A DNA stretch of 62,882 nt, the filler included, from Octopus bimaculoides (lineage: Eukaryota): assembly GCF_001194135.2 (NCBI RefSeq). It is 6 parts of 5 records of this genome, joined end to end, with 100 filler letters (N's around TTAATTAATTAA, not from the genome) between each part and the next. Parts side by side here need not be neighbours in the genome. Positions count along the whole stretch, not along the records: positions 33,230 to 50,573 come from NC_068995.1; positions 50,674 to 57,440 come from NC_068993.1; 4 more parts are not named here. One strand, given 5' to 3'. Positions within the stretch are counted from its first letter, which is position 1. Every line of letters begins with the position of its first letter. The notes below the pieces were generated by a model. That model ran no database searches. It had not been told where the DNA came from and saw only the letters and a list, made by a program, of their open reading frames with translations. Both the position numbers and the translations under genes were made by a program. Below, piece after piece: positions 43,550 to 54,964 of the stretch.

Positions 43550-43680
43550 TGAATGTTCTTTACGTGGCCAGTATGTTGTCTGGACGAGGTTTTGGCAGTA
43601 CCATCGGCTTACTGAATGGTGAAGTTATTGCTACCTGGCACACCGGAAGAAACCAGATGAATTTAATGACGAGAAACCAG
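43550..43680 (+). CDS. PAL: PAL exon 8: (M)NVLYVASMLSGRGFGSTIGLLNGEVIATWHTGRNQMNLMTRNQ
   Basis: Acceptor ctcttttattccacag|TG; donor CAG|gtgagt; phases fit both neighbours. Confidence 0.85.
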
Positions 43681-43844
43681 GTGAGTTTAATCACATACAT
43701 ATACACGAACTCGTACAATCTTGCTCCCCTCCACCAACAATTTCTCAGAATACTTGTCTATCCCATACACCCGCATTATCCCAAAACGAAAAACAAAACC
43801 AGGATGTTCTTTAATTTTTGTCTCCTGCCATTCTTCTTTTCCAG

Positions 43845-43952
43845 AACAACAAAGCTATGCCCCACGACATTGCTGTTGCACCGAACGGACGTGCGGTCTA
43901 CGTCACGGACATACTCAACGAAGACAACCCACTATTCAAACTCCAGTATTAA
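43845..43952 (+). CDS. PAL: PAL terminal exon: NNKAMPHDIAVAPNGRAVYVTDILNEDNPLFKLQY*
   Basis: Acceptor ttcttcttttccag|AAC; MPHD motif (third Zn His and Ca-binding Asp); TAA at 43950-43952. Confidence 0.92.
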   Translation, partial: NNKAMPHDIAVAPNGRAVYVTDILNEDNPLFKLQY

Positions 43953-44116
43953 TGAATGACGCCATTTTAATTTTGGGGTTAATTCATCATTGGTTGGATT
44001 TAGTTACTAATTAGATTACTATTAATTTAGAAGTTAATTATAGTTCTGATCTCTACCTGTACCTTATCGGGTGAGAGAAAGAGAAGTAATAATGGCAGTG
44101 ATGGGGAAACAATATA

Positions 44117-44130
44117 AATAAAGAAATAAA
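44117..44130 (+). promoter_or_regulatory. Candidate polyadenylation signals for PAL
   Basis: Two AATAAA hexamers (44117-44122, 44125-44130) about 165 nt after the stop; the background is AT-rich, so the evidence is weak. Confidence 0.3.
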
Positions 44131-44156
44131 AATGTCTATCTTTTGCAATGCATAGG

Positions 44157-44209
<53 letters not shown>

Positions 44210-45313
44210 NNNNNNNNNNNNNNNNNNNNNNNNNNNNNNNNNNNNNNNNNNNNNNNNNNNNNNNNNNNNNNNNNNNNNNNNNNNNNNNNNNNNNNNNNNN
44301 NNNNNNNNNNNNNNNNNNNNNNNNNNNNNNNNNNNNNNNNNNNNNNNNNNNNNNNNNNNNNNNNNNNNNNNNNNNNNNNNNNNNNNNNNNNNNNNNNNNN
44401 NNNNNNNNNNNNNNNNNNNNNNNNNNNNNNNNNNNNNNNNNNNNNNNNNNNNNNNNNNNNNNNNNNNNNNNNNNNNNNNNNNNNNNNNNNNNNNNNNNNN
44501 NNNNNNNNNNNNNNNNNNNNNNNNNNNNNNNNNNNNNNNNNNNNNNNNNNNNNNNNNNNNNNNNNNNNNNNNNNNNNNNNNNNNNNNNNNNNNNNNNNNN
44601 NNNNNNNNNNNNNNNNNNNNNNNNNNNNNNNNNNNNNNNNNNNNNNNNNNNNNNNNNNNNNNNNNNNNNNNNNNNNNNNNNNNNNNNNNNNNNNNNNNNN
44701 NNNNNNNNNNNNNNNNNNNNNNNNNNNNNNNNNNNNNNNNNNNNNNNNNNNNNNNNNNNNNNNNNNNNNNNNNNNNNNNNNNNNNNNNNNNNNNNNNNNN
44801 NNNNNNNNNNNNNNNNNNNNNNNNNNNNNNNNNNNNNNNNNNNNNNNNNNNNNNNNNNNNNNNNNNNNNNNNNNNNNNNNNNNNNNNNNATATATATATA
44901 TATATATATACAATATGCATATGTATGATCTGTATCCGATATTCCACCGATATAATTATTGATAAAATTATATTTATTTTTATAAATCATATTTTTAATT
45001 TGCATAGGTCCCCCTCTTCTTTTCTCCTTCTCCTTCGACAGTATTTGTTTTTATGTATGTGTATTTTGAATTAAATATATACACATATTCTATAAATATT
45101 CCCGTATACGCATTCATATATGTGTGGTTCAATGGTTGTAACAACATCATTAGCACTTTCAACTATATTGGTGTTAAATTTAACTAATAATCCACTCCAT
45201 GTGATCACTGTATATATATCTATGATAATATTAAAGAGAATATTATATGTTTTATATAGCATATATATCATATATATTATATACATGTCTTATACAATAT
45301 TATGTTATATACA

Positions 45314-46172
45314 CAGGGTGGGTGAAAAGTAAGTAGGCATTAAAAATTGTTAATAAAATCCATATTCCTTTTAAAAATTTATTGAAACAAATGATACATG
45401 TTCTTTATTACATCTGAAAATAAAAGTAAATCTTCGTATTTCAACGTAAGCAACGGTGGCATCAACCAGTTTCCCCAAACGGCCAGGGATGGAATGAACA
45501 ACCTTCTGAAGGGCGTCGTCTGGGATATCATTGAGGACCTCCGGAATCCGAGTTTCCAAGTCCTCCAGTGTGCGAGGTTTTGTCTTGTACACCTCATCTT
45601 TTGTGTAACCCCTCAGGTAAAAACCACATGGAGTGAGATCTGGCCTTCTTGAAGTTCTGGACTTCTGCGGTGACAGTCTTCAGGTTTTAGCTCCGACATG
45701 TAATGGGTTTTCCACGGACGAAGATTCAATTCTTTATGAAACACCGTACGTATTGTGTGTCTTGTTAATCCACTTTCACGAGCTGCCGAACGTGTTGATT
45801 TTTGCGGGCTACGATTAAACCTTTCCTGTACTGTTGCCACGTTCTTCACTGACCACTTCTTCTTGCATCGTTCATAGAGCCCGTGGTCATCAGCTTTGCA
45901 TGACAACTTCTCATTGTCTCCGGACATAGTGTTGCATGCTTACATTTCCATGCACGCCACCATCTCTGAACCAAAACAATAGAATTCCATACTTCATAGC
46001 CCACTCCTGAACAGTCAAGCGACCGACCATCTGGAAACTAAGAAAAAAGACAATAAGAAAATAAGAAATTCCATTAGTGTTGTCTGTTTAAAGAATGTTT
46101 TCGTTATGACTTCAGATGTACTAAAAGTTCTATAAGCAATTTCTAAGGCCTAGTTACTTTCCACTCACCCTG
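45314..46172 (-). mobile_element. Tc1/mariner DNA transposon, internally deleted
   Basis: TIRs cagggtgggtgaaaagtaagtaggc / gcctagttactttccactcaccctg followed by TA. Minus strand encodes an HTH part (RFNRSPQKSTRSAARESGLTRHTIRTVFHKELNLRPWK) fused to PDLTPCGFYLRGYTKDEVYKTKPRTLEDLETRI; the catalytic centre is deleted. Confidence 0.9.
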
Positions 46173-47072
46173 TATATTACGTATTACACTTTGTTACATA
46201 TATACCATTATGTATTACAGTTACACGATGAATATATACATATAATGTTATATATAATGCACACACTCACATACATACGTACATACATACATACATACAT
46301 GCATACATATATGTATCATAAACTTATGCGTATATATATTCCATATATATATCAATTTATATATTATATTGTATAAAAATGATATACATATCTATAGTAT
46401 ATATATATTTATATTTATAGATATACATACATGCATGCATACATACATACATATCTACATATATATATATATATATACCTTATATTTTGCATATAATATA
46501 CTGAATTTTACTAATTAAGTATACAGAACAAGAACTGTTTCATTAACTAAGGCACTGTTTTCAAATATGATAATCCACTAACACCAATAGGCACCTAATC
46601 TTCCACATCCTCTCTGTACACCAAATCTCACATTTATATATATATATATATATATATNNNNNNNNNNNNNNNNNNNNNNNNNNNNNNNNNNNNNNNNNNN
46701 NNNNNNNNNNNNNNNNNNNNNNNNNNNNNNNNNNNNNNNNNNNNNNNNNNNNNNNNNNNNNNNNNNNNNNNNNNNNNNNNNNNNNNNNNNNNNNNNNNNN
46801 NNNNNNNNNNNNNNNNNNNNNNNNNNNNNNNNNNNNNNNNNNNNNNNNNNNNNNNNNNNNNNNNNNNNNNNNNNNNNNNNNNNNNNNNNNNNNNNNNNNN
46901 NNNNNNNNNNNNNNNNNNNNNNNNNNNNNNNNNNNNNNNNNNNNNNNNNNNNNNNNNNNNNNNNNNNNNNNNNNNNNNNNNNNNNNNNNNNNNNNNNNNN
47001 NNNNNGCGTTTATTTGCAACTTTCATCTACCTGTCTCATTAAAAGATGTTTTTCAGCACATATAAACTTCGG

Positions 47073-47120
<48 letters not shown>

Positions 47121-47125
47121 TACTA

Positions 47126-47335
47126 TAAAGGTGGCGAGCTGGCATAATCGTTAACACGCTGGAGGAAATGCTTAGCGGCATTTTGCCTGTCGCTACGTTC
47201 TGAGTTCAAATTCCGCCGAGGTCGACTTTGCCTTTCATCCTTTCGGGGTCGATGAATTAAGTACCAGTTACGCAGTTGATATAATCGACTACCCCTTTCC
47301 CTAAAAATTTTCAAGGCCTTGTACCTCGACTAGAA
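47126..47335 (+). mobile_element. SINE family B copy
   Basis: aaggtggcgagctggcataatcgttaacacg..; follows (ATT)n. Another partial copy lies at 47704-47811. Confidence 0.8.
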
Positions 47336-47854
47336 ATAATAATAATAATAATAATAATTATTATTATTATTCTGTATTCACACCAAGTTCATATCTGCCT
47401 TTTTCTCCTTCTGATGTTGAAAAATATAAGTAAATACCCGTGATGAACTGGGATCATTTTCATTGAATGATCCCTGCCCCTGCCAGATTTTAGGCTTTGC
47501 GCATGCCCATGTATGATATTATTATCATTATTATGAACACAATGGGTTGGCAGAGTCAGTAAAATTTTGGACAACTACCTTGTGGTAATTGCTCCAGTGT
47601 TTGGCATTTTGAGCTGAAATCCCACCACGTCATTTGAATTTCTGACTTTTAGGGAATTGGATAACTAAAATTTGTAAAGGACCCTGCAAGATGTCTTCTG
47701 ACTAAGACGGCGAGCTGGCAGAATCGTTAGCACGCCGGACAAAATGCTTAGCGGCATTTCGTCCGTTTTTACATTCCTTGTTCAAATTCTGCCGAGGTCG
47801 ACTTTGCCTTTNNNNNNNNNNGCGGCCATGCTGATGCACCGTCAATATTTTTTT

Positions 47855-48575
47855 CATTATTTACATTTGACGGACATTTGTCCTCATCTTGTTTGTTGTT
47901 GACACAACGTTTCGGCTGATACACCCTCCAGTCTTCATCAGGTATCTTGGGGAAATTTCGAACCTGGGGTCTCATTCCTAAGGTATTTTTCGATGTATTA
48001 GTATTATTATTATTCAGATCACTACCTGGAATCGAACTCGGAATTTTGGGATTAGTAGCCCGTGCTCTTAACCACTACGCCATATGACCGCGGGTAATTA
48101 TGTAGTGAATTTTTAGAGCTTATAAATCTAATATTTTCTTATCCTTCCTTAATACCGGTTCCCATATGCTACTCATATCTGCACTCGGTCTGCTTAGGAG
48201 ATTGTTGTGAAGCAGCACATATGCAACCTCCTAAGCATACCGAGTGCAGATATGAATAGCATGTGGGAACCGGTATTAAGGAAGGATACGAAAATATTAG
48301 ATTTATAAACCCTAAAAATTCACTGCATAATTTCCCACTGGCATATGGCGTAGTGGTTAAGAGCACGGGCTATTAACTCCAAGATTCCGAGTTCGAGTCC
48401 AGGTAGTGACCTGAATAATAATAATAATAATAATAACATCGAAAAATACCTTAGAAATGAGAACCCAAGTTCGAAATTTTCCCCAAGACATCTAATGAAA
48501 GCGGGAGGGTATATCAACCAAAACGTGTTAACAGCAAACAAGATGAGGACAAATATCCGTCAAATGTAAATAATG
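47855..48575. repeat. ~720-bp imperfect palindrome made of two divergent tRNA-headed SINE-like units (family E)
   Basis: 47855-48204 is the reverse complement of 48224-48575, with a ~19-nt loop. Each arm has tggcgtagtggttaagagc (A box), gagttcga.tcc (B box), (AAT)n and a CTGATGA..GAAACGTT tail. A partial copy lies at about 34345-34420. Confidence 0.9.
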
Positions 48576-49069
48576 TAAATAATTCCTAATCTCTTAAATA
48601 TAGAACTGTAACAAAGACTATCACAAAGAAACGCCACTATCCTAAGTTGCCGCGCAGTGGGACCGAACCCGATACCATGTAATTGCGAAGCGAAATTCTC
48701 AACAACATCGCAATGCCTGNNNNNNNNNNNNNNNNNNNNNNNNNNNNNNNNNNNNNNNNNNNNNNNNNNNNNNNNNNNNNNNNNNNNNNNNNNNNNNNNN
48801 NNNNNNNNNNNNNNNNNNNNNNNNNNNNNNNNNNNNNNNNGAGAAAAAGAAAAAAAAAAAAGATGTCTAATATTGGACAGTTTCATTGGGTGATCTTTTA
48901 TTTTAGGTACATATATCAACTGGATTGATAAAAAATGCCTCAAAAACAGTTAGGGAAATTACTAAAAAGAAACATGGGTATCCCGAGTAAACGAAACGAA
49001 TAAGCAAACGTATTAAACATCATTAATTCGTCGTGGGAACAGCATATTTCGTTTTGCAACCATAATAAA

Positions 49070-49463
49070 CAGGGTGGGCGAACAGTAAGTAGGCATTAAA
49101 CATTGGTAATAAAATCTATATTACTTTTACAAATTTATTGAAAGAAATGATACATGTTCTTTATTACATGGGAAAATGAAAGTAAATCTTCATATTTTAC
49201 CGTAAGCAACGGTGGCATCAACTAGTTTCCTCAAACGGCCAGGGATGGAATGGACAACCTTCTGAAGGACGTTGACTGGGATATCATTGAGTACCTCCTG
49301 AATCCGCGTCTCCAAGTCCTCCAATGTGCGTGGTTTTGTCTTGTACACCTCATCTTTTGTGTAACTCTTTAGGTGAAAATCACATGGAGTCAGATCTGAA
49401 TTGCAGTGATACTAAAAATTCTATAAGCAATTTCTAATGCCTAGTTACTTTTCATCCACCCTG
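49070..49463 (-). mobile_element. Shorter MITE-like derivative of the same Tc1/mariner family
   Basis: Same TIRs (cagggtgggcgaacagtaagtaggc / gcctagttacttttcatccaccctg, then TA); 49070-49404 aligns with 45314-45642. Confidence 0.9.
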
Positions 49464-50540
49464 TACTGTCAAGTATATTAAAAGTTTGTTTACAAGTCAA
49501 CATTGCGTCTTACTTTTGGGTTAGCTATGCGATGTTATGATTTTGAAATTTATTTCTACAGATGTTCTAAAGAGTTCAGGGCCAGCACTGAAATCTATAA
49601 AAAATCTGTAGAGATAAACTTAGAAATAAATGTCATTAATAAAGAGTTCTCTTTTTAATAGTTGAGAATCTTGACTTTTGGAAGTTTTTATACTAGCCAC
49701 ATAAAAAAGAAAAAAATTCTTGTAGGAAAAATAATTTGAGTGTAAATACATATTGAAAACTGGTTTTCCACGAGAACGAGGAAAATATAAACGTTTCGGC
49801 TTGAGTACGTCATCAATATTGGAATGAGATAGATAGATATAGAAAGAAGGGGGGAAGGAGAGAGAAAGAATGGAGAAATAAGAGAGGGGAATCTACTGGG
49901 CGAAACGTGAGCTGGGCAGCAGTCAAGGAGGGGAGATGATCAACGAGAAACCTATACCATTTGAAAACTGGAAAAGTTATGAAAACGGGTAAGAGTCAGT
50001 AAAGGGAGATAAGCATTGAGAACACTGGTAAATTTGAAAATGACAGAAGGCAGCGTTGGATGATAACTTTGAGATGTGAGGGACGTGAGACAGAGTGATG
50101 CGCCAGATATGGCGTCGATGATTCAACGCTGACTTACTTGACATCAGATGTTTTCACGTTTCTCTCGTTCTTTCTCCATCTCCTTAGTCTCTCTTTCACT
50201 CTATGTTTATGTGGTTGAGCATGTTTCTTCATGAATATGGGGACAGAGGAGAAATGTTACTGTTAATCATGTTTAGTTACGAATATTGTAAGATTAGGAA
50301 AAGAGGGCGCACTTAATTGATCTGGAAGAAGGGAAAGCACAATAATGGACCAGTAGTATCGTGAGGGGCATTGAAGAGTTTTGAAAAGAGAAAGAATATA
50401 GAGAATATTATTCGGAGAAGAGGGCTCACATTGTCTTTGTGTTTGTTGCCCTCGCGGATGGACAACCTGTGTTAGTTTGTTTACGTCTTCGTAACTTAGC
50501 AGTCCAGCAAAGGAAACCGATAAAACAAGTACCAGATATT

Positions 50541-50573
<33 letters not shown>

Positions 50574-50930
50574 NNNNNNNNNNNNNNNNNNNNNNNNNNN
50601 NNNNNNNNNNNNNNNNNTTAATTAATTAANNNNNNNNNNNNNNNNNNNNNNNNNNNNNNNNNNNNNNNNNNNNATCATATATTCCAAAATATTATATCAT
50701 GTCCAAAATACATTATAGCTATCAAATTATTTTAAGATTACATATTTCAAAGTACATTTTTCATTGTACTTTCAAAATGCATTATTAAACACTGCAGAAC
50801 ATATAATTACAAAAATACATAATTAAATATTCTGAAATACATAATTACGAACCGGTTTCACTTTTTAATTGGAGTATTCATTGCAATGTGCATCTGTAAC
50901 TCTATACATTTCTGTGTATATATGTCTCTG

Positions 50931-50966
<36 letters not shown>

Positions 50967-51083
50967 TACACACACGCACACACACACATATATATGTATA
51001 TACATATACGAATATGTATATATGTATATATATGTATGAGTATATTATATCTATATCCACACACACATACTCACATACACACA

Positions 51084-51141
<58 letters not shown>

Positions 51142-51142
<1 letters not shown>

Positions 51143-51779
51143 TAGCAGGACCAGTCAAGTGGTCTTGGTAAAAGCAGTTGGTCACTAGGTGAAGAATGCA
51201 CCCCACAACATAGGTTAGTAGTTAGAAACTTCAGGATCAGGGCTAAATGGCTGCCCAGAAGATGACCAGCATGGAAAAGAAGGGTCTGGTAGCTTAAGGT
51301 TCCTCTGAATGGACAGAGATTAAGAGATGTATTACTTGAAGCTTTTGACAAAAAAGAGGAGGATATAACATCACATAATGTGGAGGATAACTGGAGGTTC
51401 CTACAGAACAACCTGTTGAGGGCTACTGACCAGATCTGTGGCTGGTGCAAAGTCCCCTCTTGACCTAAGGTAACATGGTGGTGGAACAATGTAGTTAATA
51501 GGGCCATTAGGGAAAAGAAACAGGCATGGAAGGACTGGAAGTGTGGTGGTAGCAGGGAACTGCATCAGATCACCAGAAGGGAAGCTAGGAGACAGGTTTA
51601 TTTAACCAGAGGGGAAGCAAATAAGAAAAAAATTTCCAATGTTCTACATCACAAGGAGCAGAGACTTGAAGTGTTTCATATTGCAAGACAGTGTGTGAGA
51701 GAGAATCGTGATGTCATTGGAGAGAAATGTGTCTGCATGGATGATGGCTCATTTGCATTTAATGATGCTGCAAAGAGAG
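51142..51779 (+). mobile_element. RTE-clade LINE fragment (end of APE domain + linker)
   Basis: EECTPQHRLVVRNFRI..WKRRVW.LK..VEDNWRFLQNNLLRATDQICGWCK..VTWWWNNVVNRAIREKKQAWKDWK..FHIARQCVRENRDVIGEKCV; contains stops. Confidence 0.8.
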
Positions 51780-52594
51780 TTACCTCTCTTAGGTACATTT
51801 CATTGACAAGAGTCAATAAACTTGAAACATTGATGTCTGAGATTCCCAAGAAATGGCAACACTGAATGAACTGGGTGTTTTCGCACCTTTTTATCATAAG
51901 AGAGATTTTTTCTCCATGGTGACTGCAGTGTATTTGCCTATAGCAGTTGAAATATGTGACAAACATATTTCATCTAACCTAAATATATATATACACATGC
52001 CCAAACATAAGAATATGCATATACATACTAGCTACTAACATATACTCACAAAAATATAGATACACATATGTAAACACAAAAAGCTGACATGAAAATCTAT
52101 ATGTAAAATACAAATGTATAAATATACACACACATAAAAAAAGAGGAAAAATGGAAAAGAATAAAAGAGAAACGAAAAAATATACATTCACACAAGTATG
52201 TATCTTTACAGGTCGTTGTATATATAGAAAAACAAAACTTGAAAATACGGGTAGTATGAGTTAAGACTTAATGTGAAACAATAATCTCATGTAACTGTGT
52301 ACCATGTGTGAAAAAAAAAAGAAAGTAGACTCTTATACATGAGTACAAAAAATGTGTGTGAATAAAGAAAATGTATAAATTAGCAAGATATAACATGGCA
52401 CTCAGGGTAATTACAAAGCAACTGATGTAAGAAGTGAACTGTTAAGAAAAAAACATATGGAAGGAATAATCTGCTTAGCCAGATCCCAACATCACTACAT
52501 AGTAGTAACATAAAGAAGTACTGTAGAATCCAATGTTTCATATACAAGGTAATAAAACTAAATGAGGTGTTTACCAGGCAATCATCATCATCGT

Positions 52595-52770
52595 CATCAG
52601 CATCGTTTAACGTCCGCTATCCATGCTAGCATGGGTTGGACGATTTGACAGCAATCTGGCAAGCCAGAAGGCTGCACCAGGCTCCAATCTGATCTGGCAG
52701 AGTTTCTACAGCTGGATGCCCTTCTTAATGCCAACCACTCCAAGAGTGTAGTGGGTGCTTTTACGTGCCT
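52595..52770 (-). mobile_element. Probable LINE/SINE 3'-terminal fragment (RTE-like tail ending in (GAT)n)
   Basis: Contains tggatgcccttc.taatgccaacc and abuts (CAT)n; family assigned from recognition of similar repeats, not from an alignment. Confidence 0.45.
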
Positions 52771-53021
52771 AAATAATGTTAAATAGATGGACCTAGAGAC
52801 AAAGGAAAGTGAGGTTCTCTAAGGAATAATCAGTTAAGCGGGAGTAACTAGTATTTTCTAATGGGAATAAGGGTTTGTATAAGAGGAAGGTATTGTGTAA
52901 TCTATGTTTACATCTAATAATTAGTTTATCAAAGCTATTAATAATGTTATTCTTACATGATTGTCATAATTTCTGCAAGACATACTGACACAAAAATATA
53001 TCTGTAGCACATGAAAATTGT

Positions 53022-53062
53022 CTAACCCTAACCCTAACCCTAACCCTAACCCTAACCCTAAC
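53022..53062. repeat. Interstitial telomeric-type repeat (CCCTAA)6
   Basis: Six perfect CCCTAA units (53026-53061) plus partial flanks. Confidence 0.9.
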
Positions 53063-53285
53063 AGCCACTGCTAAATATATATTTCTGGGTGTTGGGGCTT
53101 TGTCATTAGCAAATATACATTGGTAAAAGCATGCTAAAACAAAATCTGATATATAAAAATAGTGTTTGAAAAAAATCACTCTTGTCACAATAAAATTGTG
53201 GGCTGAATAAAATTCATTGTGCGCAATACGAACAGTATTAGTTTACGATAATAGTAATGACAGATTTTGTTTTAGCATGCGCGCA

Positions 53286-53338
<53 letters not shown>

Positions 53339-53385
53339 TAAAACAATGATGACAATGAGGATGAGGAGGGTAATGCTGATGATGC

Positions 53386-53418
<33 letters not shown>

Positions 53419-53422
53419 CGAC

Positions 53423-53454
<32 letters not shown>

Positions 53455-54201
53455 CGATGATGATGATGATGATGATGATGATTTACACTTAATCTGAATG
53501 TGAACCTTCTTTAATAACTATTTGAAATTTCATACATACACTATTTGGTTTCAAATTTCAGCACAATGCCAGCAATTTCTGGGGACGGTGTAAGTTGATT
53601 ACATTGACCCCAATGTCCAACTGGTACTTATTTTATTGACCCTTGAAAGGCTTGTCACCTTACACACATACACTATTTGATAACTAATTCATCAACTTTT
53701 ATACCAAATATTAAAATAATTTGTCTTTTTTTTTTTTTATCCTTCTGTTTCTTCTATTATTTCCTGTAAATATTTGTGTTATTAATATAGGAATTAAATA
53801 ATTCCTGTTTCAGAACTTGCCGAGGAATATATCATTTTGAAAAATACCATAAAATTCCTGCAGGAAAGAATCAAAGTTGAAATAGTTAACATCAACATGA
53901 TTATCATCATCAGTCTGAGTGCTCCCCACCCCCACCCCGTCATCATCTTCATGATCATCACCAGCAGCAGCAGTGGCAGTAGAAGCAGTATTGTCATCAT
54001 TGTTGTTGTCATTGTCATCATCATCATCATCATCGTTATAATCATCATCATCATCATCACCATCATTGTTGTTGTAATCATCCTTGTCATCATCATAATC
54101 ATCATCATCATCATCAGCAGCAGTGTCATCATTACTGTCATCAACATCATCATTATCAACACCAGCAGTAATGTATCATCATCTCCATCGTTGTCGTTGG
54201 T

Positions 54202-54237
<36 letters not shown>

Positions 54238-54964
54238 TTTGTCAACATCATAATTGACAGCCTTAATGTCAGTGTCATGACCTTTCTCATTAATATCATC
54301 CCTATGATGACGAGGATGATGATTTTAGTAGTGATGGTGGTGATGGTGATGATAATGTTTCATCATCATCATCATTATCATCATCGCCATCATCATTGTC
54401 GTCATCATAGTCATTAATGTCATCATCATCATCACCATCACCTTTACCACCAATATGATGGTGATGATGATGAAAGTGCTCTTGATGTTGGCGATGATGA
54501 TAATATTTTGTCATTGTCTTCCTCATGGAACATCATCACCACCATCTCCACCACCAAGTGGAAAGATTCAGAATTTCTAAGAATGTGTCCTGATGTTTAA
54601 GAATGATAAAGTTTCATATGGTAAATGGAAATTTTAAGATGATGGGATATTGCTTAAGTGAGATTTGGCTGTGGTTTTCAGCAAGCCAATTGATCACATA
54701 GATGTTCTTGAATTAATGTGGCTTAATTATAGAGTCTAGACTGAAAGTAAATCCATTTGATTGATTGACAAAGATTCAGTCACCAACAGGCTTCTTCAAC
54801 TGCAATCTCACAGACACACTGTTTTCATTCTCTTCTTCTATCACCATGACAACAGTTTCTGCTTCTCTATTCTAACTGCCTATGTACCCTCTCTCCCTTG
54901 GTCAGTTCATTTTTCATTCTCTTGTTCCCATTAATGTCTTGAAGCTTAGACATTTACTCTAAAC

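Larger units (their letters stand above)
37930..43952 (+). other. PAL: Gene span (partial, 5' end missing): peptidyl-alpha-hydroxyglycine alpha-amidating lyase, apparently monofunctional PAL with an NHL-repeat beta-propeller
   Basis: Nine exons splice in frame (exon 2 donor hidden in a gap) to give QVSGLD..FHRG..W..SFD, FYLPHGITIDQEDNIWTTDVGLHQV, HFCQPTDVAV..FFVADGYCNSRV, VVHSITL..VADRENKRILCF and MPHDIAV. These are the hallmark PAL motifs of PAM-family enzymes (Zn-binding His in PHG/xHS/PHD; catalytic Tyr of GYC and Arg of DRE). Confidence 0.93.

Noticed and set aside
48346-48410. tRNA-like sequence as a genuine tRNA gene
   Set aside because: It has A/B boxes but no acceptor-stem closure and is followed by a conserved repeat tail in several copies, so it is a SINE head.
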